Shown one piece after another: positions 57,995 to 64,000 of a DNA stretch of 64,000 nt. Positions within the stretch are counted from its first letter, which is position 1; the number at the start of each line of letters is the position of its first letter. Both the position numbers and the translations under genes were made by a program. Under the pieces are notes generated by a model. That model was not told the DNA's origin, ran no database searches, and saw only the letters and a list, made by a program, of their open reading frames with translations. Source of the stretch: Octopus bimaculoides (lineage: Eukaryota); NCBI RefSeq assembly GCF_001194135.2, contig NC_068989.1, forward strand, positions 33,603,366 to 33,667,365. The letters run 5' to 3'.

Positions 57995-58225
57995 AATGGT
58001 AAATTATGTGGTAAACTGGCAGAATCATTAGGATGCCAGACATTAGGATGCTTAAATGCATTTTGTCTGTCTATATTCTGAGTTCAAATTCCATGAAGGT
58101 CAACTTTGCCTTTCATCCTTTCAGGGTTGATAAAATAAGTACCCGTTGAGCACTGAGGTCAATGTAATTGGTTTATCCCTCCCCTGAAATTGCTGGCCTT
58201 GTATCAAAATTTGAAACCAATTTTA
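57995..58225 (+). mobile_element. SINE (Nin/DC-like body)
   Basis: gagttcaaattcc...caactttgcctttcatcctttcagggttgataaaataagtacc; second copy at 60185-60378. Confidence 0.7.
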
Positions 58226-58424
58226 CCAGATAAATCATTCTACTTGTGATTTTATGCGTTTGGGTTTATAGATCATAATTATCATTAACAAGATCTTTGG
58301 CTTTCTGCTTTATGTTTAAAGAAGTAGATTGAATCGCTTGAGTGTAAAATATCACTGCTTATTTAAAATTGCTGCACTGCTTAAAATGTGGAATTTCTTT
58401 TCTGATTCCCCACTCCCAATTTCT

Positions 58425-59590
58425 TTTCTAGATCAGAACTAAAAAAGAAATTCCAGGTGTGGAAACACTGGAATCTAAGGGCCTTAAAACTAACTTAGCA
58501 AAAACTAAGGTTTTAGATAGCAAGAAAATAGACAAGACTCTACCTGCTTCAGGTGAATGGCCCTGCTTGATATATAGGAAATGTGTAGGCAGGAATATGG
58601 TGTACCCAGTGCAAGCTGTAGACATACAAGAGATGCAGTGGAACAATAGGAAGGTTATCAGAAAAAGTAGTGTTCATATGTAGAAGATGAACAGGAGCCA
58701 TAAAACTACAAATACTTGGAAAGTTAATTTCATCAAATGCCCTGGAGCTAACTTGGGAACCAAATTAGTAGTGGGGAAGGTTGTATGGAAAGTATAATAG
58801 CTAAAATAAGAATAGAATGGAGAAAATTCAGAGAACATTTACTTCTGTTTGCAACCAAAGGTCTCTCTTTTCAGATGAAAAGAAGATTGTATGGTGTATG
58901 TATATGAACAGCAATTCTAGATGGTAGTGAGACATGGGCCCTGAATGAGGAACACATGTGAGGGCTAGAAAGGAATGAGGCTAGTATGTTTTACTGGATG
59001 TGCAATATCAATGTACATGTTCAATTGAGTGCTAGTATATTAACAGAAAATTTAGGCATAAGAAGAATTAGATGCAGTGTGCAAGAGAGAAGACTGCATT
59101 GGTTTAGTCATGTGATGCAGATGGATGTAGACAGCTCCATAAAGAAATGCTGATCACTCAAAGTGGATAGAACTCATAGAAGAGGGAGACCCAGAAAAAC
59201 ATGGGATGAAGTACTGAAAGACAATCTCAGGACACTAAACCTTAAAGAGATGACAAAGGACTGAAATATCTGGCACCTTGCTGTACCCAAGAAGACCTGT
59301 CCTCTACAGTAGTGTTAATGCTGCTCTCCCTGCTAAAGTGGATTGGCCTGCAAGAGCCCTGTGCTGATGCCACATAAAAAAGTACCTGTGCCAGCACCAC
59401 ATAAAAGCACCTGTACCAATGTCACATAAAAAGCACCCAGCACACTCTTAAGTTGTTGGCATTAGGAAGGGCATCCAGCCTTAGAAAACAAACCAAATCT
59501 GGTTCAGCTCCCCTGCTCGACAGCTCTGATCAAACCGTCCAACCCATGCCAGCATGGAAAATGGATGTTAAAGGAAGATGATGATATGTT
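58425..59590 (+). mobile_element. Old RTE LINE, 5'-truncated
   Basis: LESKGLKTNLAKTKVL, GRPRKTWDEVL, (GAT)n tail. Confidence 0.85.
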
Positions 59591-60184
59591 TTTATACAAT
59601 TGTCCTCATCATAGATATTTACTGTCACCGATACTGACACAGTATTTTGATTAGTATTCTTTCCACCCATCTTCAGGTTCTAAGTTTTATCTTTGGGCTA
59701 GTCTAGGAATATCCAACTAAAATAAATAATAAATGGATAGGGAAATGAAGAAAGCTTCTAACGATGCAGACAGGAAAGTTGAGAAACCTTTATATATTTC
59801 AGGTATAAAGACCCATCTTCCGAAGGATACAGTTAAAGAAATGTGAGTTTACATATATCCTGTCATTTGGATAGCCGAATGGGCAGTGACATCACTTAGT
59901 CTGGTGAGTGTGCTAGCGGCAGCATTTCCTCCAAAAGATGGTGTTGTTGATGCTGTAATGGTCACAGTGGGAGTGGTGATGGAAATATGGAAATAGTCAA
60001 GTATTATTTTTCTTGTAGATGACATCTTGGAATTATTTATTGTCTAAATGATTCTATTTTTTTTATACTAACCAAACTACCATATTGTAAAATAATTTAC
60101 TGCTTCTTTCATTACTATTTCAGTCTCTTCAGCTGAGCTCAGAATAAGTATACAGTTTGCTGATGAATGAAGTAATAACGTTAA

Positions 60185-60378
60185 AACATACCAAGGTGGT
60201 GCGCTGGCAGAACTGTTACCACGCTGAGAAATGTTTAGTTGCATTTCTTGAATTTCATGTTCCAAGTTCAAATGCCACTGAGGTTGACTTTGTCTTTCAT
60301 CCTTTCAGGGGTCAATAAAATAAGTACCAAACACTCCTACCTCAAAATTGCTGGTCTTATACCAAAAGTTGAAACAAG
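60185..60378 (+). mobile_element. SINE (same family as 57995-58225)
   Basis: ctggcagaac...gttcaaatgcc...gactttgtctttcatcctttcaggggtcaataaaataagtacc. Confidence 0.7.
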
Positions 60379-61074
60379 TATTAGAACACATCTGGAATTC
60401 TCTCCCATGTTCCCATGCATGCTAAAATAATTAGAATAATCTTAGTCATTGATTAATGTAGCTTTTCCTAACTGTATAGTTATTTCTTGCTAATTTTTTA
60501 ATGCACCCACCCCCAGCATTAAGTATGTTAATACTAACATATTTTCTTTTTCTTTTAAGCCTTCTTTACATTTCTAGAATAATCACTAAATTCTCTAGAA
60601 ACAAATAATGTGCATCTGCAGAAGATGAGCTGAAATAATATGAGAAGAGGAAATTTGTAATACTTCATATAGATCCTTTTATTGAAGAACAAGTAAACAC
60701 TAGCAGAACCCATGAATATTTCATAGAATTAATGGTGAACTTATTGGGTTATTTCTGAAAACTTTATCCAAAAAGCCTGAAAGCGTATCCTGTGTTGTGT
60801 CTGTATGGAAAGATAGTTGCTCATCTGCTACTCATTGAAAAGTGAAAGAAATTGGAATATGATGATTACTTGATGCACTTTATATACTTTACACAGTTTT
60901 ATAGACTTAATAAAATAAATATTCAGTTATTTTTCCATTTTTCCCCAAAAGAAAAAAAATACCTGCACATATGATATAACCTTCAGTTAAATTCCATATA
61001 CTTACCATGTAAATAAGTGTGAATATTTTATGGAATTGCATTTATCTGCATGCGTTAAGTAATAGGAGGTTCAA

Positions 61075-62116
61075 TTCTGCCACATTCCAGGGAGAAAAAC
61101 TAGACATAGTTGATAGCTTCCGTTATCTAGGTGACCAAGTTAGTAGTGGGGGAGGGTGCACTGAAAGTGTAGCTGCTAGAATAAGAATAGCCTGGGCAAA
61201 GTTCAGAGAGCTCTTACCTCTGCTGGTCACAAGGGGCTTCTCACTCAGAGTAAGAGGCAGACTGTATGAATCATGTGTACGAACAGCCATGCTACATGGC
61301 AGTGAAACATGGGCCGTGACTGCTGAGGACATGCGTAAGCTCACAAGGAATGATGCCAATATGCTCCGATGGATGTGTAATGTCAGTGTGCATACTAGAC
61401 AGAGTGTAAGTACCTTGAGAGACAAGTTGAATCTAAGAAGCATCAGTTGTGGTGTGCAAGAGAGACGATTGTGCTGGTATGGTCATGTGGCAAGAATGGA
61501 TGAGGATAGCCATGTGGAAAAGTGCCACACCCTAGCGGTTGAGGGAACCTGTGGAAGAGGTAGACCCAGGAAGACCTGGGATGAGGTGGTGAAGCATGAT
61601 CTTCGAACATTAGGCCTCACCAAGGAAATGACTTGTGACCGAGACCTTTGGAAATATGCTGTACGTGAAAAGACCTGGCAAGCCAAGTGAGACCATAGTC
61701 TGAGGCCTCTGCCAGCCCACTTATACGTACCTTTCCTTCATTGGACACTAAACTCCGCTTGCGAAGACCTGTTGAGGCAAGTGAAATCGAAATCGAACCA
61801 AATCCGACAACTGGCACCCATGCCAACCTCTCCTTCATTGGACACTAAACTCAGCTTGCAAAGACCTGTTGGGGCAAGTGAAATCGAAATCGTGTTGGCA
61901 CCTGTACCAGTGGAGTACTTAGAGCACCATCCTAGCGTGAAAATTACCAGAGCAGCTGTTTGGCTTCTGTGCAGGTGGCATGTAAAATACACCATTTTGA
62001 GCATGGCCATTGCTAGTACCGCCTGACTGGCCTTCGTACCAGTGGCATGTAAAAGCACCCACTACACTCTTGGAGTGGTTGGCGTTAGGAAGGGCATCCA
62101 ACTGTAGAAACTCTGC
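61075..62116 (+). mobile_element. Fairly young RTE LINE 3' fragment
   Basis: Open ORF2 C-terminus to 61690 (FRYLGDQ...GRPRKTWDEVVKHDLRTLGL); about 100-bp tandem duplication in 3' UTR (61730-61895). Confidence 0.93.
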
Positions 62117-64000
62117 CTTTCTTTAACCTCACCCCTCTGCTAAACTTATATTTTTAACTTTTTGAACCGCGTTTCCCCTCCCTCATGTCATGGATGCTTC
62201 TCTCTCCCTCTTTGTCTTACTCATCACCTCATCGTCTTTCCCTTCAACAAATCACACGAAAGCATTACAATTAGATTCCCTTTACCTCACATAATGGACA
62301 CCTCTCTCCTTTTTCTCTAATCATGTGAAAGCATTACCGACGGGCTAAGTAATGGAAAGACAAGCAGAATTATTATGAGCTAGTGAGCCAGATTACCAGG
62401 AAAAGAGGAAGAGTTGTAAGAAAGTGAATGTGAAATTAGAAGTTAATGAAAGAAAGGGTGCAGCATATATAGTAAGAGTAGGTACACAGGAGGAGTTGAA
62501 AGAGATTATAATACATGCTTTGAAAAAATAACTTTTGTGCATGCTAAAGCACAAGGCTCCTAAAATACAAGCCTCTAAGTATTTGTTAGTGTTGCTATTG
62601 TGGAAGATTTGGTTAGCTGGATGTTCACTGTTTGGTAGGATCAAATTGAGTTGAGCTGTTTCCTATATACAATCAAGTTCATCTTCGATTTTTGATGAGA
62701 CCATTTATTTATACATAAACTATACATATGAAAGATTTGTTGGGACATGGTTTTTCATTTACGCAACCATAACATACTATAAAGTATATTAAATGTTTTT
62801 ATAGATCATTACGTCGATCTACTGTGTTAATATTTGCGCTGGTTACTTACTGGAGGATGGATCACTGTTTAGCAGTAGAGTCATGAATATATGTTGTGTT
62901 ACAGCTAAGAATTAAACAGTTACTTATTTGTGTTGTGAGGGGTAGAAAATTATATAGTCATGGTGGACAAACGCTTCTTTAACAAGATATAGCAGTGACC
63001 TAGAAACCTGTTTTCACATGAACCTTCTGATTTGAGTTTGGAACACAACTCAGATTCTTAGCCAAGTTCTGGAGGGAAATATAAGAAATTTTTCACACAC
63101 TGTCGTACAATTGAATGACTGCTGATGAAATACTATTGGCTGACAATTAGGTCGACATCATCTGATAGCGGTGATCTCTCGTTACTACGTTAACGCAGTT
63201 TCAGTTTTAAACCCTGCTACAGTGTGTTAGCCAGCCCAATGTCCTGAGATGTAGATTATCAAACTACTTACTGCCATTTAAGTGTCAGTTTTATATCATT
63301 TTGTATTTACAGATATTAGCAGGTGAGCTTGAGTGAAGATGGTACAACACTAGCCAATTACGAAAAACAGAGATCATTGTAGTGGTGGTTAGAGAGTTAG
63401 ACAACTCACAAATATAAAGCAATCACATGTTCAGTATGTAGCTAATACAATGAAGTGTAGTTTATTAGATCCATCATGGACTAAGGCAGTCTTACCTGGG
63501 CCTCATTCTCTAGAAAACAAACCTCAATGAACTCCGAAATACACAAAACAGTGATGTCAAATCTGTACATAACGACTTCTCATACAAAAAAGGAATCACA
63601 TAGAAACATGCCACATTCACTCAATTTACAAATAAATCATTATTTTACACAAGCAGAAGTGGACTGAGCCGTCGGTCAATCGGGCACTGCCCGAGGGCCC
63701 AGAGCGCTGAGGGACCTGTACTCAACATGTTAAATCTACTATGCCCAAGGGCTCTTAATACTCTCAGTTGGCCCCTGTACCTAAGTGACTACAAAGATGG
63801 TAGAGATGGACTATATGTAATCTGAACCTTTCCCCCCCACTTATTTATTAATTTTTTTTACGGAATCCCACGTTTTAGGCTATGGAGATTACGATTCTGA
63901 AAAAAAATTTTTGGAAAAATTTCAATTCCCCCCCCCCACCAAGCAGACTATTTACATGCTAGAAATAACAGCCAAATCTCACAAAACTAGTGTTAGGGTT

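Noticed and set aside
61019-61690. 223-aa ORF as a host gene
   Set aside because: C-terminus of RTE ORF2 with a fortuitous upstream start

Overview
AT-rich animal genomic DNA with 7 assembly gaps. The repeat families (RTE LINEs with (GAT)n tails, abundant SINEs, microsatellites) look like an octopod cephalopod; this is an inference. The only gene I can fully reconstruct is an intact 8-exon HPRT (hypoxanthine-guanine phosphoribosyltransferase) on the minus strand, 45319..1338 (699 nt, 232 aa). All its introns are GT-AG and all catalytic motifs are present; the ORF track shows only fragments because the exons are short. Almost everything else is transposon debris: about 20 RTE pieces (two young), SINEs, a Chapaev3-type element, mariner, Tigger/pogo, hAT and piggyBac-type MITEs, Helitron-like DNA and a Gypsy pol remnant. 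I found no convincing new multi-gene system. The best leads are a 190-bp spacerless hairpin in HPRT intron 1, a 47-bp TIR micro-element with an 8-bp TSD whose empty site is visible in the host's other arm, an overlapping uORF, a candidate alternative last exon, inverted RTE pairs in the pre-mRNA, and a CpG pattern hinting at an unannotated neighbouring gene.
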